From assembly GCA_934183185.1 (NCBI GenBank), contig CAKPSO010000001.1, forward strand, positions 21,846 to 85,845: a DNA stretch of 64,000 nt, in the 5' to 3' direction. The position numbers were made by a program, and so were the translations under genes. This document shows, in pieces, positions 29,573-37,520 of the stretch (within the stretch, counting starts at the first letter, position 1; each line of letters starts with the position of its first letter). The notes beneath the pieces were generated by a model. The model was given only the letters and a program-made list of their open reading frames with translations. It had not been told where the DNA came from and ran no database searches. Origin of the DNA: an uncultured Bacilli bacterium (GTDB lineage: Bacteria > Bacillota_I > Bacilli_A > RF39 > UBA660).

Positions 29573-30421
29573 TCACCTTCCTACAAATTCTATCACAAAC
29601 TGATCAAACATTAAATTGAGATTCAAATTATACTCTAATTTTTCTATTTGATTATTTAAAACTGTAATTTTCTTTAAAAGAGTATCAGCAGTATTACTAG
29701 AAGCTATAAGAGAAATAATATCAATAAAATTATCATCAAACTTAACACTAAATTTATATCTAAGTGCATTCTCATAAATATATTCTAACAAATAGAAAAT
29801 TTCATTCCACTGTTCCTTAGTATAAAATTGATTATCAGTAACTGTTGGTAAATAAGCAATAGCATGTAACTTTTTTTTTTCTAACATACTAATAAAATTA
29901 TTTATAAAATCAACAGAATGATCGGGTATATAATAATTCGTATTAATTAAAGATAAAATTTGACATCTACTACGAATAGTTTCTAAAACTTTATATCTAT
30001 TGTCAGCAACTAATATACCTATAATATTTTCTTCCGGTTCCTCTAAAAATTTTAATAATGAGTTAGCTGCCTGTTTATTAAGCTTGTCCGCATCATATAT
30101 AACATAAATTCTACACTTTTGATTTAATGATTTAGTCATAAATTTTTCTTGAATATCTAAAATCTGATCCTTTTTTATCATAGATGAAGAATCAGAACTT
30201 ATTTCCAAATAATTACCATCATTTTTTATAGTTTGCATACTAATTATTTCAGAAGAATTCGCAGAATATAACATTTCCACAAATCTATCAATAATTTGTC
30301 TTTTATTTGGACAATCACGACTTTCTACTAAGTAAGCATGAGACAATTTATTATTATTAATGAATGATGAAATACAATCAAAAAACATTGACTGTGAATC
30401 TAAAGTATCAACATTATTCAT
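29573..30421 (-). CDS. holB: DNA polymerase III subunit delta' (HolB)
   Basis: AAA+ clamp-loader-like protein with an SRC motif (TIRSRCQ). Synteny dnaX...recR-bofA-holB-yaaT. ATG at 30421 with an AAGGAG RBS. Confidence 0.75.
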   Translation of the reverse strand: MNNVDTLDSQSMFFDCISSFINNNKLSHAYLVESRDCPNKRQIIDRFVEMLYSANSSEIISMQTIKNDGNYLEISSDSSSMIKKDQILDIQEKFMTKSLNQKCRIYVIYDADKLNKQAANSLLKFLEEPEENIIGILVADNRYKVLETIRSRCQILSLINTNYYIPDHSVDFINNFISMLEKKKLHAIAYLPTVTDNQFYTKEQWNEIFYLLEYIYENALRYKFSVKFDDNFIDIISLIASSNTADTLLKKITVLNNQIEKLEYNLNLNLMFDQFVIEFVGR

Positions 30422-30436
30422 TAATATCACTCCTTA

Positions 30437-30634
30437 CTAATACACCATTACAAATAAAAGAACCAAAGAAAACAAGGCTGGAAATCCTAATAAAGATACC
30501 AAAAACACTGTAACAATATTAATTGGAATAATAATATCAAAATTAACAGCAATTACATTAAAACCATACAATATAAAAAAGCTTAACAATATTCTACGTA
30601 AAAAATAAAATATTTTTTTTAACACAATTATCAC
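30437..30634 (-). CDS. bofA: BofA-family small membrane protein (pro-sigma-K processing inhibitor-like)
   Basis: IIIPINIVTVFLVSLLGFPALFSLVLL aligns with BofA (IHVPINLVTTAISGILGIPGIAALVVI). Lies directly after recR, as does bofA in Bacillus. Confidence 0.6.
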   Translation of the reverse strand: MIIVLKKIFYFLRRILLSFFILYGFNVIAVNFDIIIPINIVTVFLVSLLGFPALFSLVLLFVMVY

Positions 30635-30663
30635 CTATTTAAACGTATGGAAATAATTAAAAT

Positions 30664-31260
30664 TTATTCAATATTTTTTCTATCAGCCAAGGCCCTCTCC
30701 AATGTCATAGCATCAATATATTCCATATCTGCACCAATAGGAATACCACTAGCTATCTTAGTAATTGAAATTGGTAAATCACCCAAAATTCTTTTAATAT
30801 AAAGTGCTGTCGTTTCTCCCTCAATACATGGTCTAAAAGCTAAAATTATTTCATCAAAATCATTTGCCTTTATTCTATCAATCAGTTTATCAAGTTCAAT
30901 ATCTTCAGGATTTATACCATCCTTTGGAGATATTAAGCCATTTAATACATGATATTTTCCAGTAAACATACCAAGTTTTTCAAAAAGAAAAACTGATTTT
31001 GGGTCCTCAACAACACATAGCAATTTATCATTTCTATTGTTGTCAGCACAAATAGTACAAACATCAGCATCAGTTAAAGAATTGCATATAGAACAGCGAT
31101 GAATCTTTTTATTAACATCATCTAAACTATTAATAAACATTTCAATTCTATCATCAGACATATTCATAACTGAAAATGCTAATCTTTCAGCAGTTTTTTC
31201 ACCAATACCAGGAAAACACTTAAAAGATTCTATTAGATTTTCTAAACTACTAGGATACAT
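30664..31260 (-). CDS. recR: Recombination protein RecR
   Basis: HhH motif (FKCFPGIGEKTAERLAF), C4 zinc finger (CSICNSL...CTICAD), Toprim domain. Confidence 0.9.
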   Translation of the reverse strand: MYPSSLENLIESFKCFPGIGEKTAERLAFSVMNMSDDRIEMFINSLDDVNKKIHRCSICNSLTDADVCTICADNNRNDKLLCVVEDPKSVFLFEKLGMFTGKYHVLNGLISPKDGINPEDIELDKLIDRIKANDFDEIILAFRPCIEGETTALYIKRILGDLPISITKIASGIPIGADMEYIDAMTLERALADRKNIE

Positions 31261-31262
31261 GT

Positions 31263-31559
31263 TTAAAACAATCCACCAGGCATCATATTACTATACTTGC
31301 CCATTTTTTCCTCAGTAGTTTTATCAACCTTAGAAAAAGCACTATTTAATGCTACAACTATCATATCTTCTAACATTTCAATATCATCAGCCTCTATTTT
31401 CTCACTTATAGTAACTTTAACAACTTCTTTCGTACCCTTAACTTCTACTTTCACAAAAGAACTCTCTCCAACAAATACCATATTATCTATTTCTTCTTTA
31501 GTTTTCATCATATCCTTTTGTAAAGACTGAGCTTGTTTCATTAATGCTTGTATATTCAT
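31263..31559 (-). CDS. ybaB: Nucleoid-associated protein YbaB/EbfC
   Basis: 98 aa. MNIQALMKQAQSLQKDMMK...MMPGGLF is the canonical YbaB family sequence, lying between dnaX and recR. Confidence 0.85.
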   Translation of the reverse strand: MNIQALMKQAQSLQKDMMKTKEEIDNMVFVGESSFVKVEVKGTKEVVKVTISEKIEADDIEMLEDMIVVALNSAFSKVDKTTEEKMGKYSNMMPGGLF

Positions 31560-31580
31560 ATTTCTATCTCCTATCTATAA

Positions 31581-33242
31581 TCATCCATTAATAACAACAT
31601 CATTGCCGAACATTTGTACGGCTTTATCTTTTACAGTACTAACAGTACTAGAAGACAATAAAACATCATTATCAGCACTTATTATTTTATCACTAGTATC
31701 AGGAATTGTACAATATTCATACGTAATTCCCTTATTTTTATTTTCAATATACTCTTTTTTCAACTGATTCCATTTATCAGTAGTAATTATAGCAATTTTA
31801 TAATTTCCAGAGAAAATTTTATTAAATAATAACTCTACATTATCAATAATTTTATATCCCCTATCAACCATAGATTCATAATCAAAAGTTATAATTATTT
31901 CATTAGGGGATGCAGCACGAACTACTCCATCAGCAATATAACAAGCAACAGCACCATATTGACTATCAAGTGCGTAATTATCAAATAATTTCCAATTTTC
32001 TTTTATGTTTTTTAAGATATTTTTATCCGCCATAGCAAAACAATTATTTATAATTAAATTATTGACTTCTAAAATATGGTTCAAACCATCATTACTACTA
32101 ATATTAGTAGTATTTTGATCATTAAAACTATCACTTATACTATTTTCAGTATTTGAAATAGAATTTTCAGAGTCATTAATGATATCATTTGAGCTGCAAC
32201 TAACATCAGTAATTAAATTCAAAAAAGATAACATTTTAATTTCAAAAGCTATGCGAATATTACTAGCAAATCTAATAGCTGAAGGTAAATTACTAAAATT
32301 ATCAACAAATTTAAGTAAAAATTGAATATCAAAGTCTATAGATTCACTCATATAATAAGAAACAATATAATCACGACATAAAAGGAGTAAATCTTGACTA
32401 AAAATCAGTAAATCCTTTCCCTGATTATAAATTAAATCTATGAAATTAATAATTTTAGACACATCTTTATTTTCTATATAACGAAGAAAATTAATTTTTT
32501 CGGTTTTAGAAACAATTCCATTCAATTCTTCAAATTCTACCATAGTAATCTTACTAGTTGAATAAGAAGCAACTTTATCTAGCATACCAATAGCATCACG
32601 CATACCCCCATCAGCAAGATTAGCTATAGCCTTAAGAACATCATCATCAATAATAATATTCTCATTCTTAGATATATATGATAATCTCTCAAATATTTCA
32701 TTTTCACTAAGTCTTTTAAATTCAAAGCACTGACAACGAGAAATAATAGTAGAAGGTACCTTATGTAAATCAGTAGTAGCCAACACAAAAATGATATGTT
32801 CCGGCGGTTCCTCAAGCGTTTTAAGTAAAGCATTAAAAGCACCTGTAGAAAGCATATGAACCTCATCAATAATGTAAACCTTATATAGTAATTCTGAAGG
32901 TACTAAACTGATTTTATTTCTAATTTCCCTTATTTCATCTACACCATTATTAGAAGCAGCATCAATTTCAATAATATCAGAAGTACTATGTTCAATTATA
33001 GACAAACAATTTTTACATTTTCCACAGGCCAAACCATCTATGGGACTTAAACAATTAACATTTTGAGCCAAAATTTTAGCCATAGTGGTTTTTCCTGTTC
33101 CACGAGGCCCAGAAAACATATAGGCATGACTAATTCTACCTTCAAGTAAAGAATTTTTTATTATTTTAACTATAGATTTTTGTCCAACAACATCACTTAA
33201 TGAAGAAGGTCTATATTTTCTATATAAAGCATGATATGACAT
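31581..33242 (-). CDS. dnaX: DNA polymerase III subunits gamma/tau
   Basis: Walker A GPRGTGKTT, zinc module CGKCKNC, SRC (ISRCQ). N-terminus RKYRPSSLSDVVGQ. Confidence 0.9.
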   Translation of the reverse strand: MSYHALYRKYRPSSLSDVVGQKSIVKIIKNSLLEGRISHAYMFSGPRGTGKTTMAKILAQNVNCLSPIDGLACGKCKNCLSIIEHSTSDIIEIDAASNNGVDEIREIRNKISLVPSELLYKVYIIDEVHMLSTGAFNALLKTLEEPPEHIIFVLATTDLHKVPSTIISRCQCFEFKRLSENEIFERLSYISKNENIIIDDDVLKAIANLADGGMRDAIGMLDKVASYSTSKITMVEFEELNGIVSKTEKINFLRYIENKDVSKIINFIDLIYNQGKDLLIFSQDLLLLCRDYIVSYYMSESIDFDIQFLLKFVDNFSNLPSAIRFASNIRIAFEIKMLSFLNLITDVSCSSNDIINDSENSISNTENSISDSFNDQNTTNISSNDGLNHILEVNNLIINNCFAMADKNILKNIKENWKLFDNYALDSQYGAVACYIADGVVRAASPNEIIITFDYESMVDRGYKIIDNVELLFNKIFSGNYKIAIITTDKWNQLKKEYIENKNKGITYEYCTIPDTSDKIISADNDVLLSSSTVSTVKDKAVQMFGNDVVING

Positions 33243-33299
33243 GTTACACCTCCAAAGTATCTATATTATATCATAAAAAAAAAAATAGCGAATTATTTA

Positions 33300-33737
33300 C
33301 TACCTTTTTTCTGAAAAAAAATCTTTGAGTAGTTTTCCACAAGTATTTTCTAGTATACCTCCAGTAATTTCCACAATATTAGAATTTTTAGCATTAAAAA
33401 TAGAATATATTAACCCTTTATCCACATTATCATTGTTTGCACCATAAACCACCATTTTAATACGAGATTGAGAAATAGCACTAGCACACATAGGACATGG
33501 TAATAAAGTAACATACATAACACAATCAGATAATCTCCAATTTTTCTTTTGTTTAGTTGCCTCTATTATAGCATTTACTTCAGCATGAAAAATAGCACAT
33601 TTACTTGAATCCTTAGTATTATGGGCTCTAGAAACTATTCCGTTATTATCCACAATAACAGCTCCAATGGGAACCTCACCACAATCATAAGCTTTTTTTG
33701 CTTCAATTAATGCCTCATTCATATAAAATTCATCCAT
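33300..33737 (-). CDS. tadA: tRNA-specific adenosine deaminase TadA
   Basis: HAE and PCxxC zinc motifs (FHAEVNAI, PCPMCASA). Start set to MDEFYMNEAL..., which aligns with the B. subtilis TadA N-terminus. The longer ORF-track start at 33764 would overlap the 3' end and terminator of the SRP RNA. Confidence 0.85.
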   Translation of the reverse strand: MDEFYMNEALIEAKKAYDCGEVPIGAVIVDNNGIVSRAHNTKDSSKCAIFHAEVNAIIEATKQKKNWRLSDCVMYVTLLPCPMCASAISQSRIKMVVYGANNDNVDKGLIYSIFNAKNSNIVEITGGILENTCGKLLKDFFSEKR

Positions 33738-33744
33738 ATAATCA

Positions 33745-33835
33745 CCTATAAAAAAAGTGCACATAAATATTAAATGTTAAGGCTGCTACCTTCCAGTCCT
33801 GACCTAGTTCCATCAATATTTATTGCACAACATTA
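33745..33835 (-). ncRNA. ffs: Signal recognition particle RNA (small 4.5S type)
   Basis: The minus-strand transcript contains AGGUCAGGACUGGAAGGUAGCAGCC (orig 33781-33810). This matches the universally conserved SRP RNA domain IV (AGGUCAGGUCCGGAAGGAAGCAGCC). The flanking 5' UGUGCAAUAAAUAUU and 3' AAUAUUUAUGUGCAC arms pair into the long hairpin and are followed by a U8 run. A TTGATT/TATAAT promoter lies just upstream (33834-33868). Confidence 0.7.
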
Positions 33836-33887
33836 TAATAATATATTTTTCCAATATAATCAACTCTTTTTGTGTATAAAAATATAT

Positions 33888-33903
33888 GTTCCACGTGAAA
33901 CAT
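33888..33903. promoter_or_regulatory. parS: parS site 1 (TGTTCCACGTGAAACA)
   Basis: Exact match to the B. subtilis-type parS consensus TGTTNCACGTGAAACA, within an 18-bp perfect palindrome. Confidence 0.85.
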
Positions 33904-34050
33904 ATATTATCTATTTTTAAAAGTATTTTTTTATAATTAAATAAGGAATAATAAAGAAAATATACATTAATAATTATAAAGATATTAATCATAACGCTAT
34001 CTAATGTTAAATATAGTAATTTTATTTTAATTAAAGTGGATAATTATAAA

Positions 34051-34066
34051 TGTTTCACGTGAAACA
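34051..34066. promoter_or_regulatory. parS: parS site 2 (TGTTTCACGTGAAACA, perfect palindrome), part of composite module A
   Basis: Perfect 16-bp parS palindrome, followed after 10 bp by an NBS. Confidence 0.85.
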
Positions 34067-34076
34067 TTGTATAAAA

Positions 34077-34094
34077 TTATTTCCCGGGAAATAA
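34077..34094. promoter_or_regulatory. Noc-binding site (TTATTTCCCGGGAAATAA) of composite module A
   Basis: Perfect palindrome containing the NBS consensus TATTTCCCGGGAAATA. Confidence 0.75.
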
Positions 34095-34179
34095 TTTACT
34101 CATAAAAATTAAATTCTGATCTAGAATTAAAAAAATGAATTACAATACACATAAAATATAATATAAATTAAATAAGTAA

Positions 34180-34195
34180 TGTTCCACGTGAAACA
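34180..34195. promoter_or_regulatory. parS: parS site 3 (TGTTCCACGTGAAACA), solo
   Basis: Exact consensus parS. Shares the cattgtgtataa right flank of the composite modules but has no NBS. Confidence 0.85.
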
Positions 34196-34342
34196 TTGTG
34201 TATAACTTTTAATATTCTTTATTAACTTAATATTCAATTAATTATCAATAATCATAACCAACAAACTACATTAAAAAGCGAAAATATAATAATTAACATA
34301 AAAATTAAGTAATTCTAGTTCAATTAAAGGAATATTAGATAA

Positions 34343-34358
34343 TGTTTCACGTGGAACA
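34343..34358. promoter_or_regulatory. parS: parS site 4 (TGTTTCACGTGGAACA), composite module B
   Basis: Reverse-complement orientation of TGTTCCACGTGAAACA. 10-bp linker to an NBS. Confidence 0.85.
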
Positions 34359-34366
34359 TTGTGCAT

Positions 34367-34388
34367 AATTATTTCCCGGGAAATAATT
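34367..34388. promoter_or_regulatory. Noc-binding site (AATTATTTCCCGGGAAATAATT) of composite module B
   Basis: 22-bp perfect palindrome with an NBS core. Confidence 0.75.
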
Positions 34389-34649
34389 TACTTATAAATG
34401 TGCATTTAATTATGTTCAAATAGTGACTTATTATTTGAACATAGGTAAATTAAAAAATATTTATAATTCAAGAGAAATTTATTTTATATATTTTGCATGG
34501 AGCATATATAAAATAATTAACTATCAATAAATATTTTTGTCATAATACTAAAAACTACAGTTAAAATTTAATAATGTAATTAATCATAATAAATTTTGCT
34601 TAATAAAAATTTGAAATAAATATAATGATTAAGAGTAATAATTTATCAA

Positions 34650-34665
34650 TGTTTCACGTGGAACA
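34650..34665. promoter_or_regulatory. parS: parS site 5 (TGTTTCACGTGGAACA), composite module C
   Basis: Consensus parS. 10-bp linker to an NBS. Confidence 0.85.
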
Positions 34666-34675
34666 TTGTGTATAA

Positions 34676-34693
34676 TTATTTCCCGGGAAATAA
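34676..34693. promoter_or_regulatory. Noc-binding site (TTATTTCCCGGGAAATAA) of composite module C
   Basis: Perfect palindrome with an NBS core. Confidence 0.75.
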
Positions 34694-34824
34694 TTTACCC
34701 ATAAATATACAACTTAATGTAGATTAAATAACCTTTTATTACTTGAAAGTAAGCAAATTATTACTCATATTATTTACAATCGTAATAAAATTAAAAAAAT
34801 AATTAATGTTACAATATAAACATA

Positions 34825-34833
34825 TTATCCACA
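34825..34833 (+). promoter_or_regulatory. Perfect DnaA box TTATCCACA inside the parS array
   Basis: Exact 9-mer consensus, 16 bp upstream of parS site 6. Confidence 0.4.
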
Positions 34834-34848
34834 ATATTTTTAAAACGA

Positions 34849-34864
34849 TGTTCCACGTGAAACA
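34849..34864. promoter_or_regulatory. parS: parS site 6 (TGTTCCACGTGAAACA), solo, immediately upstream of the gyrA terminator
   Basis: Exact consensus parS. Confidence 0.85.
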
Positions 34865-34865
34865 T

Positions 34866-34895
34866 AAAAAAATGGCATATTCACGCCATTTTTTT
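34866..34895. terminator. Bidirectional rho-independent terminator at the gyrA 3' end (AAAAAAAUGGC-auauucac-GCCAUUUUUUU)
   Basis: 11-bp inverted repeat with an 8-nt loop, flanked by an A-run and a T-run. It abuts the gyrA TAA stop (34894-34896). Confidence 0.7.
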
Positions 34896-37509
34896 AATTT
34901 TCTATAGGACTTTCTCCTGTTTCATCAAGAGATTCACCCTCATCTTCTTTAATAATTGTAGAAACAGTAGCTACCTTTTGATCATCCTTTAATTTAATTA
35001 ATCTAACACCTTGTGTAGCTCTACTTAAAGTAGAAATTTGATCCATAGACATTCTCATAATGATACCATTATCAGTAATTATTACTAAATCCTCATTACC
35101 AGTAACAGCCTTTAAAGTAACCATCATACCATTTTTATCAGTTACATTTAAAGCCTTAACACCCTTACTTCCACGATGTGTTAATCTATATTCATCAATA
35201 GGTGTCTTTTTACCATATCCATTTTCAGTAACAACTAATACCTGTTCATCAGAAGTTATAATCTCACTACCAACAACTTTTGCACCATCTAAATCAATTC
35301 CACGAACACCAGATGCACTTCTTCCCATTACACGAATTTCGTTTTCCACAAATCTAACCATTCTACCATTAGAAGCACCAATAATTATCTCATTATCCCC
35401 AGTTGTCTTTCGAACAGCTATTAACTCATCATTCTCCTTTAATCCAATAGCTATTTTCCCACTACTACGAATATTATCAAATTCAGATAAATTTGTTCTC
35501 TTAACAACTCCATCCTTAGTTACAAAGAATAAATACTTATATTCGTGTTCCTTAGCACTAAGCGAAATAATAGAATTAATCTTTTCATCCTTTTCAAGTG
35601 ATAATAAATTAATAATTGGCAGTCCCTTACTTTGCCTGCTAAATTCTGGAACCTCATAACCTTTCATTCTATACACTTTTCCCTTATTACTAAAGAATAA
35701 TATATAATCATGAGTCTCCATATTTAACATTTTTTCCACAAAATCCTCTTCATTAGTTGACATACCCTTTATACCAACACCACCACGATTTTGTGTTCTA
35801 TACTCATCAGCAAGCATTCTCTTAATATAACCTCTGTTAGTCAAAGTTATTAAAATGTTTTCCACAGGTATAAGTGATTCATCCTCAATATAATCAACAG
35901 CTGTCATATCTATCTTAGTTCTACGATCATCACTGTATTTTTTCTTAATTTCTAACATTTCATTCTTAATAATGTCCAAAACCCTTTGCCCATTAGCTAA
36001 AATATCCTTATAATCAGCTATTTTAACTAATAAATCATTTAATTCAGCCTCAATCTTTCCACGTTCCAATCCAGTTAAACGACGTAATCTCATTTCAAGA
36101 ATACTGTTAGCCTGAATCTCATCTAAATTAAATCTAGACATTAAATTAGCCCTAGCATCATCATCACTCTCAGCTGCCCTAATAATACGAACAACCTCAT
36201 CAATATTATCAAGTGCTATACGCAATCCTTCTAAAATGTGGACTCTTTCCTCAGCCTTCCCTAAATCATATCTAGTTCTTCTAATAATTACCTCTTTTTG
36301 ATGATCAATATACTTAGAAATAATATCCTTTATACCCAAAGTTCTAGGAGTTTGACCATCAAGAACTAAGAAAATAATACCATATGATATTTGAAAATTA
36401 GTGTGTTTATATAACTGATTTAAAATAACCTGAGCATTAGCATCCTTCTTTAAAGTAATAGTTATTTTAATACCATTTTTTAAATCAGTATGATAATCAG
36501 AAATACCCTCTATCGTCTTATTATGTACTAATTCAGCAACCTTATTTTTTAGTTCCATAGTATTTACACCATAAGGAACCTCATCAATAATAATACAACT
36601 ATGATTACCCTGTTCTTCAATAGTAGCTTTACTACGAATAGTAATAGATCCTCTACCAGTTTCATAAGCCTTTTTAATACCAGAATTTCCTAAAATAATA
36701 CCACCTGTAGGAAAATCAGGACCTTTTATGTATTGCATCAATCCTAAAGTATCAATTTCTGGATTATCTATATAAGCAACACAACCATCTATAACCTCGC
36801 CAAGATTATGTGGAGGAATATTAGTAGCCATACCAACAGCAATTCCCATTGAACCATTAACAAGAACATTAGGAAATCTCGAAGGTAAAACCCTAGGTTC
36901 CTTTCTAGTAGCATCAAAGTTGTCATCCATATCAACAGTATCCTTATTAATATCCCTAAGCAATTCTAGTGATATCTTAGCTAATCTTGACTCAGTATAA
37001 CGCATAGCAGCTGCGCCATCACCCTCAATATTACCAAAGTTACCATGTCCATCAATTAACATATATCTTTGGTTAAAATCCTGAGCTAAACGCACCATTG
37101 CCTCATAAATAGAACTATCTCCATGAGGATGATAATTACCCATAACTTCTCCGACCGTTTTAGCGCTCTTTCTATGAGGTTTGTCAGGAGTATAACCTGA
37201 TTCATACATAGACCATAAAATACGTCTGTGAACAGGCTTTAAACCATCTCTAAGGTCAGGTAAAGCACGTGATTTAATAACACTCATCGAATATTCCATA
37301 AAAGATGTCTTAACTTCATCAACGATATTATTATGATCTAACCTATCTCTTTCATGAAAATATCCACTAAAATTATTACCAATATTCATTTTATCCACAT
37401 CTTGTTGAGAATTATTATCATTAATAATAGTATTAGAATCACTATTCTGCTCTTGACTATCATCACCTGCTCTATTTAATAACTCATTTAAATCATCTTT
37501 ATTATCCAT
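34894..37509 (-). CDS. gyrA: DNA gyrase subunit A, with a ~45-aa N/D/Q-rich N-terminal extension
   Basis: Canonical [25 protein letters not shown], an active-site Tyr region, and C-terminal beta-pinwheel repeats. The ATG at 37509 has a GGGTGGTG RBS, so the N-terminal low-complexity extension appears genuine. Confidence 0.95.
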   Translation of the reverse strand: MDNKDDLNELLNRAGDDSQEQNSDSNTIINDNNSQQDVDKMNIGNNFSGYFHERDRLDHNNIVDEVKTSFMEYSMSVIKSRALPDLRDGLKPVHRRILWSMYESGYTPDKPHRKSAKTVGEVMGNYHPHGDSSIYEAMVRLAQDFNQRYMLIDGHGNFGNIEGDGAAAMRYTESRLAKISLELLRDINKDTVDMDDNFDATRKEPRVLPSRFPNVLVNGSMGIAVGMATNIPPHNLGEVIDGCVAYIDNPEIDTLGLMQYIKGPDFPTGGIILGNSGIKKAYETGRGSITIRSKATIEEQGNHSCIIIDEVPYGVNTMELKNKVAELVHNKTIEGISDYHTDLKNGIKITITLKKDANAQVILNQLYKHTNFQISYGIIFLVLDGQTPRTLGIKDIISKYIDHQKEVIIRRTRYDLGKAEERVHILEGLRIALDNIDEVVRIIRAAESDDDARANLMSRFNLDEIQANSILEMRLRRLTGLERGKIEAELNDLLVKIADYKDILANGQRVLDIIKNEMLEIKKKYSDDRRTKIDMTAVDYIEDESLIPVENILITLTNRGYIKRMLADEYRTQNRGGVGIKGMSTNEEDFVEKMLNMETHDYILFFSNKGKVYRMKGYEVPEFSRQSKGLPIINLLSLEKDEKINSIISLSAKEHEYKYLFFVTKDGVVKRTNLSEFDNIRSSGKIAIGLKENDELIAVRKTTGDNEIIIGASNGRMVRFVENEIRVMGRSASGVRGIDLDGAKVVGSEIITSDEQVLVVTENGYGKKTPIDEYRLTHRGSKGVKALNVTDKNGMMVTLKAVTGNEDLVIITDNGIIMRMSMDQISTLSRATQGVRLIKLKDDQKVATVSTIIKEDEGESLDETGESPIEN

Positions 37510-37520
37510 AATACACCACC

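Larger units (their letters stand above)
34040..34700 (+). repeat. Three tandem ~58-bp composite repeat modules (parS, 10-bp linker with a TATAAT-like hexamer, NBS, then TTTACNYATAAA), spaced 292 and 307 bp apart
   Basis: Modules at 34048-34105, 34340-34397 and 34647-34704 align with only 4-5 substitutions: AATGTTTCACGTGRAACATTGTNNATAAWTTATTTCCCGGGAAATAATTTACNYATAAA. Confidence 0.85.

Noticed and set aside
34040-34700. Composite modules read as tandem promoters (a TATAAT-like hexamer between the two palindromes) driving small RNAs
   Set aside because: The hexamer varies between copies (TATAAA/CATAAT/TATAAT). No convincing -35 element is present. No conserved downstream structure was found. 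The two palindromes have known protein-binding identities. Some transcription cannot be excluded.
33880-34870. Repeated 18-bp palindromes with irregular spacers: first considered as a CRISPR array or as Rex/CcpA(cre)/CRP-like operator sites
   Set aside because: The repeats are perfect palindromes spaced 130-310 bp apart, which is not a regular repeat-spacer layout. There are no cas genes. The sequence matches the parS consensus exactly, whereas it fits the cre (TGWAANCGNTNWCA) and Rex (TTGTGAA-N4-TTCACAA) consensus sequences poorly.
37391-37399. A perfect DnaA box TTATCCACA inside gyrA as a functional regulatory site
   Set aside because: A single isolated 9-mer is quite plausible by chance in 64 kb of AT-rich DNA. 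There is no cluster.
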